DNA of 32,000 bases from Patescibacteria group bacterium (lineage in GTDB: Bacteria > Patescibacteriota > UBA1384 > XYA2-FULL-43-10). Positions 5,883-15,487 of this stretch are shown one piece after another (positions within the stretch are counted from its first letter, which is position 1; every line of letters starts with the position of its first letter). A program made the position numbers and the translations under genes. Under the pieces are notes generated by a model, which did not search any database, had not been told where the DNA came from, and saw only the letters and a list, made by a program, of their open reading frames with translations. The DNA is taken from contig JBAYVT010000001.1 of assembly GCA_041674405.1 (NCBI GenBank), forward strand, positions 120,001 to 152,000, in the 5' to 3' direction.

Positions 5883-7429
5883 TTTTGACTAAGCTCCAGA
5901 TAATTAATCGGCTGGTCATATCCCGAAGTTGGCAATCTTCCTGAAGTCAAAATTTTAACACCATCCTTAAAAAAAGGCAATATTCTATACTCATTTTTAT
6001 ATTGCGATACAATTCCGGAAATTCGAACTTTGTCACCTTTTTTCATCTTAGGTTTCTTAATTCCGGTCGACTTTCTAATCAATACCTTTAATTCTGCCCC
6101 ATCAGAAATAATAAATGTGCTGCCAGATGTTTGCACAACAATCCCCTCCGTTGTAATTATTTTACCTTCAAATTTTTCTCCCACATCGGCAATATTTATA
6201 AATTGCGGAGTCACTGGTGAGAGCGCGTAATCGATTATAATGATATCGGCTGGGTTAGAAATTTTAATTCTTCTTTCTGAGCTTGTTTCCAAGAGAACAC
6301 CAACTACTGAAACCCTCAAGCCACTTTGTAAATTTGGAAACGATTTATCGCTTGAATAAACCTGGATACCGGCAGTATCATCTTCTATATAAAACGAATT
6401 AGAAGAAAGTACACCCGGCGACGCAGTAACAACACCGGAAATTGTAACCTTATCTTCGTTCTCCATTTTTCTGGCCTCGGATATCGGAATAATCTCCTGG
6501 GCGATGTTTAAAAATGAAAATCCAATATTTTCTCGTCCTGGCGTAACATTATTTGTCCAGTCAAATATTCCGGAAATTTTTGAAAAACTTTGGCCAATTT
6601 TCGCTTTTAAATAATCTACATTTGATTTGATCGTATTATCGGGATCTAGAAGTAAGACTCTGTCACTATCATCGTTTAAAGATATACCCGTAGTAAAATT
6701 ATAGAATGCTAAATATTGCGTTGGCAGAAGGATTGTTCCTGGGGGAATTTTAAATTTTTTTACTGATCCAAGGGTGTCTTCAAGGCTCCAGCCGCCGATA
6801 TCTACAGGATCGCTACAATAATTGTAAATCTCAATAAATTCATTCTTGGCTCCATTCTCGGGGTGTGGTAAAATTTCTGAAATTTCCACACAATCAGGGG
6901 AAGGAGTCGGTTCGACCAATAAATTTTCACCACCTTTTGTTAAGGGGATTATTCTAAAGTCTGAAAAATCTAAATCAGAATCGTAGCCGTTTGGAATCCT
7001 TCCAATCGATTCTCCCTTCGCTGGAACCGGTGCATTATTCGAAAGTGGTCCGAAGGTTACGCGATCAATTTCCAAATCTTTATTTTTCAAAACCAAGGTC
7101 GAACCGCTATTTGCTAGCCAATTTGTGCCAAGATTACAAACATAATAATTACCGGAAACAGGACACATTGTTTCCGTAAGCTGTTTTTCATATTTGCTTC
7201 CGCTATTGGTAATTTTAACAAGGAAGTAGTCAGATAAATTTATCGGAAGATTAATTGGATTAAAAATTTCTGCCCATTCAGTATCCGCACCATCTGAAAT
7301 TTGATTTGGATAAACTTCATTGATAATCAGATGCTCCTCGGCTTTTGCATTGCTTGGTAACATAAAAATAACACAGACAATAAACATGAAAGTGCCCATG
7401 ACGAATTGAAACAACACCCCTCTTCTCAT
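5816..7429 (-). CDS. Secreted protein with two lamin-tail domains and C-terminal OB-fold-like repeats (ExeM/NucH-type DNA-binding architecture without a recognisable nuclease domain)
   Basis: There is a signal/anchor MGTFMFIVCVIFMLPSNAKA. The LTD-like segments are LIINEVYPNQ...EWAEIFNP and VEISEILPHPENGAKNEFIEIYNY...IGGWSLED. The OB-like segments are VTISGVVTASPG...FYIEDDTAGIQVY and KIITTEGIVVQTSGSTFIISDG...KGDKVRISGIVSQY. The 3' end overlaps tsaE by 67 nt. Confidence 0.7.
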   Translation of the reverse strand: MRRGVLFQFVMGTFMFIVCVIFMLPSNAKAEEHLIINEVYPNQISDGADTEWAEIFNPINLPINLSDYFLVKITNSGSKYEKQLTETMCPVSGNYYVCNLGTNWLANSGSTLVLKNKDLEIDRVTFGPLSNNAPVPAKGESIGRIPNGYDSDLDFSDFRIIPLTKGGENLLVEPTPSPDCVEISEILPHPENGAKNEFIEIYNYCSDPVDIGGWSLEDTLGSVKKFKIPPGTILLPTQYLAFYNFTTGISLNDDSDRVLLLDPDNTIKSNVDYLKAKIGQSFSKISGIFDWTNNVTPGRENIGFSFLNIAQEIIPISEARKMENEDKVTISGVVTASPGVLSSNSFYIEDDTAGIQVYSSDKSFPNLQSGLRVSVVGVLLETSSERRIKISNPADIIIIDYALSPVTPQFINIADVGEKFEGKIITTEGIVVQTSGSTFIISDGAELKVLIRKSTGIKKPKMKKGDKVRISGIVSQYKNEYRILPFFKDGVKILTSGRLPTSGYDQPINYLELSQKWRLQQNQPMKQEELVINLEKA

Positions 7430-7432
7430 CGG

Positions 7433-8404
7433 TTATATCCCCTTATAAAAAATCTCATTATTGCGAATAAACGATTGCATCAATCGTTTTAGAAAAGGAT
7501 CAGAGATTTGGCTCTTGTATTTATTGATTGCAGACTCCTTGGAATCGATTTGCCCGCGCGTAAGGTTAAATTTATACCAAATTCTCGCACCAGAGGTAAG
7601 CCTTACTGGTGGTGTAATTGATTTATCCTTATGTAGACCCGAATCACTGGGAAAATTTCTGTAGTGGACAAGGTAGCTAAAATATGCCGCATTCGATCCT
7701 GTCTCTCCCACCCCTTTCATAACAAATTCCCCCGTTGCCCGATGGTCGGAATGCCGATCATAAATACTGGTCGCAAGAACAATTGTTGGTTTATAATTTT
7801 CGATAATATCTTTAATATTTTTATCAAGGTTTTTGCCGGTATACGATACATTTGGTAAATAAGAATTATTATAAGGGGTCGAGCTGGTGTGGGTATATGG
7901 TGACTCATAGGGCCTAGACCAGTTTTTCACAAACAAACTGTAGATACCGCGGTCAGGATAACCCAAAAAAATTATATTATCGTTGTGTACACCGAGGACC
8001 GACAGAGCGTTTTTGCTTTCATCCTGACGCTTATAACCCGATGAAATATAATCAGATGCGCTGGGATATAATTTTCTAAATTCTTCAGCAGTCGTGAAAT
8101 GATGGCCATCACCATTGGTTATAAAAACGACAATAACTTTTGCCCCATTTTGTACTGCTTGAGCAATATATCCTCCGGTACCCAAAATCTCATCATCATT
8201 GTGCGGAGCAAAGATGAGGATTGTATCATTCTCTCTCGGGTCCGGCATGTTTGGCATAAAATTAAGAGATGCACTAGGGGCTGAAGCATAACTGCGCAGA
8301 AAAATTATATTGCCAATAAAAATCAAAACAAGAGCCGCAAGAACCCAGAACCACCTGGCCTTATAAATTCTTTTGAAATCTTTTTGGTTTTTTACCTTAA
8401 ACAT
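7433..8404 (-). CDS. PIG-L/LmbE family N-acetylglucosaminyl deacetylase with N-terminal membrane anchor
   Basis: It has a TM segment WFWVLAALVLIFIGNIIFL. The family motifs are ILIFAPHNDDEILGTGG, VVFITNGDGH and HSDHRATG. Confidence 0.82.
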   Translation of the reverse strand: MFKVKNQKDFKRIYKARWFWVLAALVLIFIGNIIFLRSYASAPSASLNFMPNMPDPRENDTILIFAPHNDDEILGTGGYIAQAVQNGAKVIVVFITNGDGHHFTTAEEFRKLYPSASDYISSGYKRQDESKNALSVLGVHNDNIIFLGYPDRGIYSLFVKNWSRPYESPYTHTSSTPYNNSYLPNVSYTGKNLDKNIKDIIENYKPTIVLATSIYDRHSDHRATGEFVMKGVGETGSNAAYFSYLVHYRNFPSDSGLHKDKSITPPVRLTSGARIWYKFNLTRGQIDSKESAINKYKSQISDPFLKRLMQSFIRNNEIFYKGI

Positions 8405-8406
8405 AT

Positions 8407-9462
8407 TTAAATTATTAACATTGCATCACCATAAGAATAAAAACGATATTTTGAATTGATAGCAAATTCATACGATTTCTTTATATTTTTTTCTCCAGCA
8501 AAAGCCGACACGAGCATAAGTAGGGTTGACTTTGGTAAATGAAAATTGGTCACCAATGCATCAATACTTTTAAATTTATAGCCTGGATAAATAAAAATGT
8601 CGGTCCAACCGGAAATTGCTTCGCTTTGGCCTTTTACTTCGTGCTTTTCGCTGTTAATTTCAATTTGGCCGAACGCTGTTTCAAGCACTCGAGCCGTAGT
8701 CGTGCCCACTGCAATAATCCTGCCACCATTATTTTTTGTCTGTAGAATTTTTGAGATCAGTTTTTTACTAATCTCAAAATATTCGCTATGCATTTTGTGG
8801 TCTTTAATGTCATCAACTTTCACCGGTGCAAAAGTCCCCAGCCCAACATGAAGCAAAACAAATTCAACATCGACACCCTGTCCTTTGATCTGTTCGAGAA
8901 GTTCTTTTGTAAAATGTAGCCCGGCGGTTGGAGCTGCCACACTGCCTTTGCGTTTGGCAAATATTGTTTGGTAGTTGTCTCTATCGGGGGCCTCGCTTTT
9001 ACCTTTTCGAATATATGGCGGAATTGGAATAAGGCCAATTTTTTCTATTTCAGAGATAAACCGGTCTCCGCCCAAATTAAACCTCACGATATACATGTCA
9101 TTCTTTTTTTCTTGTACAATTGCTTCCAATTTGGAGCTTTCAAAAACTACGCGTTTTCCAGATTTTAGCCTTTTACCTAGTATCTCCCATTCAAAATTAT
9201 TAATTTGCTTATGTAGAAAAATTTCCACACTTCCGTGAGTCAAATAATTTTTACCGAGAAGCCTAGCCGGAATTACTTTAGTATTGTTCAAGACCAACAA
9301 ATCACCAGGTTTGAAAAATTTTGTAATATTTTTGAAAATATCAGATTGTATCTCGCCAGATTCCTTGTCCAGAACTAAAAGACGCGAGTGGTCCCGCGGC
9401 TCTGCCGGAGATTGTGCAATCAACTCCGAAGGCAACTCATAATCAAAGTCTGATAATTTCAT
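8407..9462 (-). CDS. queA: S-adenosylmethionine:tRNA ribosyltransferase-isomerase
   Basis: It shows MKLSDFDYELPSELIAQSPAEPRDHSRLLVL...VAAPTAGLHFT...GTTTARVLE...FHLPKSTLLMLVSAF, which is full-length QueA-like (351 aa). Confidence 0.93.
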   Translation of the reverse strand: MKLSDFDYELPSELIAQSPAEPRDHSRLLVLDKESGEIQSDIFKNITKFFKPGDLLVLNNTKVIPARLLGKNYLTHGSVEIFLHKQINNFEWEILGKRLKSGKRVVFESSKLEAIVQEKKNDMYIVRFNLGGDRFISEIEKIGLIPIPPYIRKGKSEAPDRDNYQTIFAKRKGSVAAPTAGLHFTKELLEQIKGQGVDVEFVLLHVGLGTFAPVKVDDIKDHKMHSEYFEISKKLISKILQTKNNGGRIIAVGTTTARVLETAFGQIEINSEKHEVKGQSEAISGWTDIFIYPGYKFKSIDALVTNFHLPKSTLLMLVSAFAGEKNIKKSYEFAINSKYRFYSYGDAMLII

Positions 9463-9531
9463 ATTTTTAACTTAAATGTAATTACTAACACTCACTGGTT
9501 TTAAGTTTTCAGTTATTAGATATTAATTAAA

Positions 9532-10413
9532 CTATAAGTCGATTTCTTCATTTTCGCGTAATTCTTTTTCATCTTTTAAATCTTTGAAATTTTTATTCTC
9601 AACTTCATTTTTTTTAGCAGGCTCGCCCTCCGCTTGTTCATTCAAGTCGGAATGTGAAGATTGGTTTTCAGTGTCATTCTCTTTTTTTGAAGATTCTATG
9701 CCGGAAATAATGTGTGAACTATGGCCTCTTTCAGATATTTGTTTAAGATCATTAGCACTAACTCCGGTATCAAGCGGTTCTCGCCCCCTAAAGAAATCTT
9801 TTGTCCTTTTCCTTGCCAGATCCAGGACTTCCGGATGGAAAGTTTCATTAAAATCCCCCTCTCCCAATTCCAACTCTTCGCGCTGGCTTTCTTCAAGTTG
9901 GGCTTCATGAAGATCAACAATCTTTTTCGAAATGATATATGGGTGGGGAACCGACCGAAATACGAAGTTTTCGCGCTCTCCTGCCGTCTGAATTGTCACG
10001 TCCCCGTAATGAAACATAGTCGAAAAAAAACCTTCCTCTTTTGCACTCACATCCTGTACCTGATGAAGATGAAGTTCGGCAATATCTCGCTTAAAAAATC
10101 CATTTTGAGAAATGTCCACAATTCTTTCATTCGTCACGATATATACGTCCAGATAATAATCTACAAAACCAAAAAGCATGGTGCCTAAAATTATCAGGAG
10201 GTATGCGGGAATGACCAAATAAAACAAATCCACAACTTGCGGAGAAAATATCACAGACGGGCTCGTCGCATATACCAGAAAAATAATCAATGGAATTAGC
10301 ATAAACACAAATAGCGCCACAAAAATTCCATATGTAACCCAGTGCCTTCGAAGCAGCAAAAAAACTTTTTCTTCAGATTTTTGTCCCGGAAAATATCTCC
10401 CCGTGATTGGCAT
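9532..10413 (-). CDS. Membrane protein with bacterial PH (YdbT/bPH_2-like) domain and acidic tail
   Basis: Two N-terminal TM helices are followed by YIVTNERIVDISQ...DVSAKEEGFFSTMFHYGDVTIQTAG...FRSVPHPYIISKKI. The C-terminus is rich in E, D and K and of low complexity. Confidence 0.6.
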   Translation of the reverse strand: MPITGRYFPGQKSEEKVFLLLRRHWVTYGIFVALFVFMLIPLIIFLVYATSPSVIFSPQVVDLFYLVIPAYLLIILGTMLFGFVDYYLDVYIVTNERIVDISQNGFFKRDIAELHLHQVQDVSAKEEGFFSTMFHYGDVTIQTAGERENFVFRSVPHPYIISKKIVDLHEAQLEESQREELELGEGDFNETFHPEVLDLARKRTKDFFRGREPLDTGVSANDLKQISERGHSSHIISGIESSKKENDTENQSSHSDLNEQAEGEPAKKNEVENKNFKDLKDEKELRENEEIDL

Positions 10414-10429
10414 AGTTCTCCTTTTAAAT

Positions 10430-10669
10430 TCAAGTTAGGCTAATGCTTGCCGGCCAAGACCTGGTTAAAATAAGAATTAAGGAAACTACAATAATAGTTG
10501 TTGTAAATACAGAATATATGATTATCACAGGCTTTGTGAGATCTCCCACATACCCGAAACGCCATAAGTGATAAACACCCATTATGCTATAGACGATGAA
10601 CAGGACTATAAAGATAAGGTAAGTGATTAACAAGTAAAGCATGGCGAAATTCCTGATTACAAATGACAA
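10430..10669 (-). CDS. Small two-helix membrane protein, unknown function
   Basis: This 79-aa ORF has two hydrophobic spans (LYLLITYLIFIVLFIVYSIMGV; IIIYSVFTTTIIVVSLILIL). It sits in the operon between queH and the bPH protein. Confidence 0.5.
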   Translation of the reverse strand: MSFVIRNFAMLYLLITYLIFIVLFIVYSIMGVYHLWRFGYVGDLTKPVIIIYSVFTTTIIVVSLILILTRSWPASISLT

Positions 10670-10695
10670 AAAACTAAGTTATTTGATATTTGATA

Positions 10696-11295
10696 CTATT
10701 CCAATATTCCTTCTTCTGATGAATAAACACAACCGCAGTAATTTGGAATATGCATATTGTGATTCTTTGCGTAGTTTCTGCCGTTCCAATATCCTTTACG
10801 GAAATCTTGGTAGAAAAACAGCGGTCCAGAATTTCGTTCTAACTCAAGACCGATATTCCAAATTTCATCGTGATCTTTGTATGGAGATACCAACATCGTA
10901 CTCACAAAGTAATCCATTTTTAGCGCCTTAGCTTCGTTATATGTTCTAGTAAGCACTAATAAATTGCATAACTGGCATCTCTTAGTTTTCCAACGCTTTT
11001 TGTCGGTGATATATTTTATTGAATTTTTATCCTGATATGGCATAATTGGCTGAAAAAAATCCTGAATATCGTACTCTGGCGCAATTAATTTAATGCCATT
11101 TTCTTTGCAAAATTTTTCTACATCGGATTTTCGCCGGAGATATTCTGCCCTGCCATGAACTTGCGGATTATAGAAAAAGCCGGTAACTGCAAAATTCTCT
11201 TTTTTTAGTAGCTGATAAACATAGCTAAAGCAAGAAGAACAACAAATGTGAACCATGATCTTTTTTGACTTTTCAGTTTTTTTCTCCCCCATCAA
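10696..11295 (-). CDS. queH: Epoxyqueuosine reductase QueH (DUF208 family)
   Basis: It carries HICCSSC near the N-terminus, KRCQLC, and a C-terminal NYCGCVYSSEE. This is the Cys pattern I associate with DUF208/QueH. The true start may be the internal MVHICC Met. Confidence 0.82.
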   Translation of the reverse strand: MMGEKKTEKSKKIMVHICCSSCFSYVYQLLKKENFAVTGFFYNPQVHGRAEYLRRKSDVEKFCKENGIKLIAPEYDIQDFFQPIMPYQDKNSIKYITDKKRWKTKRCQLCNLLVLTRTYNEAKALKMDYFVSTMLVSPYKDHDEIWNIGLELERNSGPLFFYQDFRKGYWNGRNYAKNHNMHIPNYCGCVYSSEEGILE

Positions 11296-11312
11296 AACTC
11301 CTTTGCCCTCCG

Positions 11313-12359
11313 CTATACCAAACTTTGTTGCCCAGAATATTTTTTATTCATGTGCGCGTAAGCTAATTCAGTTGCAACCCTCCCCTTTCTTGTTCTGTCG
11401 ATGAATCCAAGCTGCAAAAGATAAGGTTCAACCACATCTTCAATGGTATCTTTGTCTTCCGAAATTGAAGCAGAAATTGTATCTAACCCGACCGGGCCAC
11501 CTTTAAATTTATCAATTATTGCAGATAAATATGCGCGGTCATTTTTATCCAACCCCAACTGGTCTATCTCTAGTGCTAAAAGGGCGCTGTTAGCGATTTC
11601 GGCTGTAACGTTACCTTTATGTTTCACCTCAGCAAAATCTCTGACTCTTTTTAAAAGTCTATTTGCAATACGCGGGGTTTTTCTCGCTCTTTTGGAAATT
11701 TCAGCGATACCTGATTCGTCGATATTAATTTTCAAAATTTCCGCTGATCGCCTGATAATCTCGGAAAGTTCGGCTTCGTTATAAAAATCCAAACGATGTG
11801 ATACGCCGAATCTATCACGAAGCGGAGAAGAAAGCGAACCGATTTTTGTAGTTGCGCCAACCAGCGTAAAACGCGGCAAATCAATTCTCATGGTTTTGGC
11901 CGAAGGACCCTTACCAAGGATTAGGTCTATTGCGTAGTCTTCCATTGCGGGATAAAGAACCTCCTCAATGTTTCGGTTCAAACGATGAATTTCATCAATA
12001 AAAAGGACATCGCCAGGAGAAAGATTAGTGAGAATACTCGCCAAATCCCCGGCTCGTTCGATTGCTGGTCCCGAAGTTACCCTGATTCCCGAACCCATTT
12101 CATTGGCAATAATGTGCGCAAGCGTAGTTTTACCGAGACCGGGTGGTCCGTACAGGAGAACGTGTTCTATTGATTCGCCGCGTTTTTTTGCTGCCTCGAT
12201 AAAGATTGAAAGGTTATATTTTATTGGTGCTTGCCCGACATAATCATCAAGGATTTTCGGCCGTATGGTAATTTCAAAATCATCATCCTTGGAAACTTCA
12301 GGATCCAGCGCATTGTGGTCTCCAATATTTTCGTCTTCGTAATTTTCTTCCATATGCAA
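11313..12359 (-). CDS. ruvB: Holliday junction branch-migration ATPase RuvB
   Basis: It shows [12 protein letters not shown]..., Walker [18 protein letters not shown] and [16 protein letters not shown]. The track start at 12359 is TTG; the ATG at 12353 (MEENYED...) is more likely. Confidence 0.95.
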   Translation of the reverse strand: MHMEENYEDENIGDHNALDPEVSKDDDFEITIRPKILDDYVGQAPIKYNLSIFIEAAKKRGESIEHVLLYGPPGLGKTTLAHIIANEMGSGIRVTSGPAIERAGDLASILTNLSPGDVLFIDEIHRLNRNIEEVLYPAMEDYAIDLILGKGPSAKTMRIDLPRFTLVGATTKIGSLSSPLRDRFGVSHRLDFYNEAELSEIIRRSAEILKINIDESGIAEISKRARKTPRIANRLLKRVRDFAEVKHKGNVTAEIANSALLALEIDQLGLDKNDRAYLSAIIDKFKGGPVGLDTISASISEDKDTIEDVVEPYLLQLGFIDRTRKGRVATELAYAHMNKKYSGQQSLV

Positions 12360-12419
12360 AAATTAGCCCTTTACCTAGGCTAATAATATCATAGGGATTG
12401 GACGAAAACTAGTTCAATG

Positions 12420-13466
12420 TCAGTTGTGAGGAGGATTTTCATAACACAACCATTCGGCCTCCGTCTCGCCCTGATTAATCACCTGGTGGCTGGCTCCCGG
12501 TAAAATTGTAATGGAAGGAAGACGATTAAAAAAACTTTTAGTTATGATTGGTGGGCATTTCTTACCAGATTCAAATTTTTTCTTTTTGCCATTGACAATC
12601 ACTTCCAATGTTCCTTTTATGACAGCAATCCGATGTTCAGTGAGGGGATGTTTGTGCAAATCGGTTTTTGAGCCCGGCTGCATAATCATATAGGCCAAGG
12701 ATGATTTACCTCTAAATGGACACGTTTTTAATCCTGAGATTTTTTTATATTTGATGGCGTTCGATCGATTTGGCGAACATTCGATGATCCTTGGCTTAAA
12801 TCCCCATGACCAGACTCGATATTGTTTGCCTTCGATTGGCCTAAGGTATGGGATTTTTATATAACCTGTCGCCTCAAACCCTGCATTTGTCAACCTATTA
12901 GATAAAAATTTTCCAGAAGTAAAATAATAATCTGCTCTTCCAATATATTCGAGATCTTTTTTGTTTCTCGGCTCTTCATTGCCGATCATAATTATTCCTC
13001 CACTTTCCAGGGTAGTGTACGACTGGCACAAAAAATTTTCCAGAAGCAAACTTTTGCCTACAAGATGGCCAATAAGACCGTCAGAAAATATAACGTGAAA
13101 TTTTTCTTTCAGTTTGAATGGCTTAGAAACATCTAAAATTTGGGTATTAAGGCCTTTTTGACGAGCATATTCAAGGGCTGAATTACAAAGATCAGTCGCC
13201 AGAATATTGTAACCTGCATCAGCCATATCTTTTTCCAAAAAAGCATTGCCGCAACCGCAGCTTAAAACATTTTTCTTGTTAGATGGTAAATATGAGGAGA
13301 GCTCAGAGACCAATCTCATGACAGTTCGGCGATATGATTTGTGTGAGGTGGACGGAGTCATCGATTGTTTTATGGCTCCACCCTTTTCCCAGACATCAAG
13401 ACGACTTTGCCCATTTTCAGCGGCATTTTCATAGTAATTTTTGACCTGTGCCTGAAATTTGCCCAT
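12420..13466 (-). CDS. Fusion protein: class I SAM-dependent methyltransferase (N) + cupin domain (C)
   Basis: The SAM motif I is VLSCGCGNAFLEKDMADAGYNILATDL. The cupin motifs are HKHPLTEHRIAVIKGTLEVIVNG and PGASHQVINQG. The gene sits between ruvA and ruvB. Confidence 0.72.
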   Translation of the reverse strand: MGKFQAQVKNYYENAAENGQSRLDVWEKGGAIKQSMTPSTSHKSYRRTVMRLVSELSSYLPSNKKNVLSCGCGNAFLEKDMADAGYNILATDLCNSALEYARQKGLNTQILDVSKPFKLKEKFHVIFSDGLIGHLVGKSLLLENFLCQSYTTLESGGIIMIGNEEPRNKKDLEYIGRADYYFTSGKFLSNRLTNAGFEATGYIKIPYLRPIEGKQYRVWSWGFKPRIIECSPNRSNAIKYKKISGLKTCPFRGKSSLAYMIMQPGSKTDLHKHPLTEHRIAVIKGTLEVIVNGKKKKFESGKKCPPIITKSFFNRLPSITILPGASHQVINQGETEAEWLCYENPPHN

Positions 13467-13483
13467 AAAACCCTGATAATTAA

Positions 13484-14047
13484 TTATTTAAGGCGTTTCA
13501 AGCACCATTTTATTTTTTCTTGCCCCGATGTGTAATCTTTGGGGATTGAACGAACGATCAAGACAACGTCTGATTTTTTATAACCAAGCGATATCAGTGC
13601 TTCAAGAATATCGTCATCCTCATTCTGAAGGGAAATCACACCTGAACCATCCAATCCAGATAGTTTGGGTTTCAAATCAAGAATGATCTTAGCCGCAACT
13701 TTCTTGCCTATTCCAGAAATCGATGTGAAAAATCCTAGATCGTCGGAAATAATCGCCTGAATAATTTTATCCGATCTTGATGCCGACATTATCGCCATCC
13801 CAGCTTTCGGCCCGACGCCATTGACCGAAATTAACTTTTCAAAAAGTTCGAGTTCTTCCCATGTCTTAAATCCGTAAAAATCATCCGCATCTTCTTTGAT
13901 ATGTTCGTGGATAAATATCTCGATTTCTTCGTTTTCTTTAGCAATATAATTTTGGCCAATAGAAATTCTGAAGCCAACTCCAGCCACATCTAAGATAATT
14001 ATCCCATTTTGAATTAATTTAATTTTTCCTGACAAATAGCTGATCAT
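13484..14047 (-). CDS. ruvA: Holliday junction DNA helicase subunit RuvA
   Basis: It shows MISYLSGKI...VAGVGFRI (OB domain), HhH motifs LISVNGVGPKAGMAI and SISGIGKKVAAKII, and a C-terminal domain III. Confidence 0.93.
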   Translation of the reverse strand: MISYLSGKIKLIQNGIIILDVAGVGFRISIGQNYIAKENEEIEIFIHEHIKEDADDFYGFKTWEELELFEKLISVNGVGPKAGMAIMSASRSDKIIQAIISDDLGFFTSISGIGKKVAAKIILDLKPKLSGLDGSGVISLQNEDDDILEALISLGYKKSDVVLIVRSIPKDYTSGQEKIKWCLKRLK

Positions 14048-14101
14048 AGCTCAGTCCTTGGTTATTGGTGTGTAGTCCATAGGAGATTCTGTAAAATGAA
14101 T

Positions 14102-15487
14102 TTATTCATCAACGATCACTCCCCCGTTATTCTCAATAATTTTAATAACCTGATCGCGCTTTTCTTCGATAAGTTCAGGATCTGTTCCTTCTAAATTTAG
14201 CCGGACCAGTGGCTGGGTTGCAGACGGCCGCAAGTTGAGATGCCACTCGTTGTATTCAACAGACAACCCATCTTCTTCGTTCGTTTTTCCATCGTTAAAT
14301 TTATTTTTCAACGTCCGAATGACATTGTCAATGTCTTTAACTTGAAAATTTGTTTCTTCAAACATAAAAATACTCTCTCGATATTCTTCCAATGCTTCTG
14401 ATAACTTAATATTGTTTTCAGATAAATATTCAACAATTAAAAGCAAGGTAATCATTGACGAATCAGCAAAGAAAAAATCCCGATAAATGTTGTGAGCGGA
14501 CGCTTCACCGCCAAAAATCGCGTTAACTTTCTGCATCTTTTCACGAATAAATGGATAGCCCGATTTAGATGGAAGATATTTTGACCCAAGGCTTTCAACT
14601 TGATTTTTAACCGCCCAACCGCGGCGCATGTCAAAAACAACTGTGTTTGCGCCATTCTTTGTGATTAAGATTTTAGAAATAAGTGCGCTTAAATAATCTG
14701 TGTCAACAAAGTCTCCATTCTCATCCAAAAGAGCGATCCTGTCAGCGTCGCCATCAAAGATAGCCGCAAATGACAGGTCGTCAATTTTTTTGCATTCCTC
14801 GATAAGTTGATTCCTATTTTTGGAAAGCATTGGATTTGGCCCATGGTTTGGAAAGTCGCCATCAGGAACAAAATTGATTTGAGTCATTTTGATGGGTAAA
14901 CCTCTGGTAATTTTGGTAAGGACATTCCCCGCGACACCATTTGAAGCATCACAAACAAATTTGATTGGTTTAATATTTTTAATATCAATAAATGAAAAAA
15001 TTTTTTCTAAATAATCCGGCCAAATATCAATTTTTTTAATTTCTCCGCGTTTCGATTGTGTCTCCATATTTCCATTTTCGGACAATGCAATGTTTTTAAT
15101 CTTTTCAAGGCCATAACCCATGCTTACCGGAAGCACTTCAGAATCAATAATCTTTATCCCATTATATTCTCTTGGGTTGTGTGAAGCAGTGATCATAACA
15201 CCAGGCACTTTAAGATGACCGCAAGCAAAATAAACTACCTCAATCGGCACCATGCCAAGATCAAAGACATCAACTCCGGCATCCAAAAAAATCTCCTTTG
15301 CTTCAGCGGCAAATTCAGGCGATGAAAGCCGGGAATCAAAACCAAGAACAACACTCTTTGGTTCAAGATATTTGATGAGGGCGGCAGCAATCTTTTTAAT
15401 TGCTTCCACACCTAATTCCTCCGGCACAACCCCGCGAATATCATAAGTTTTAAAGATTGACGGATTCATTGCTCCACACTCCTTCAT
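14102..15487 (-). CDS. Phosphomannomutase/phosphoglucomutase (alpha-D-phosphohexomutase family)
   Basis: It shows FKTYDIRG, the active-site loop TASHNPREYNGIKI, the metal loop FDGDADR, and GGEASAH. An alternative start at 15469 (MNPSIF...) would shorten the overlap with the upstream gene. Confidence 0.9.
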   Translation of the reverse strand: MKECGAMNPSIFKTYDIRGVVPEELGVEAIKKIAAALIKYLEPKSVVLGFDSRLSSPEFAAEAKEIFLDAGVDVFDLGMVPIEVVYFACGHLKVPGVMITASHNPREYNGIKIIDSEVLPVSMGYGLEKIKNIALSENGNMETQSKRGEIKKIDIWPDYLEKIFSFIDIKNIKPIKFVCDASNGVAGNVLTKITRGLPIKMTQINFVPDGDFPNHGPNPMLSKNRNQLIEECKKIDDLSFAAIFDGDADRIALLDENGDFVDTDYLSALISKILITKNGANTVVFDMRRGWAVKNQVESLGSKYLPSKSGYPFIREKMQKVNAIFGGEASAHNIYRDFFFADSSMITLLLIVEYLSENNIKLSEALEEYRESIFMFEETNFQVKDIDNVIRTLKNKFNDGKTNEEDGLSVEYNEWHLNLRPSATQPLVRLNLEGTDPELIEEKRDQVIKIIENNGGVIVDE

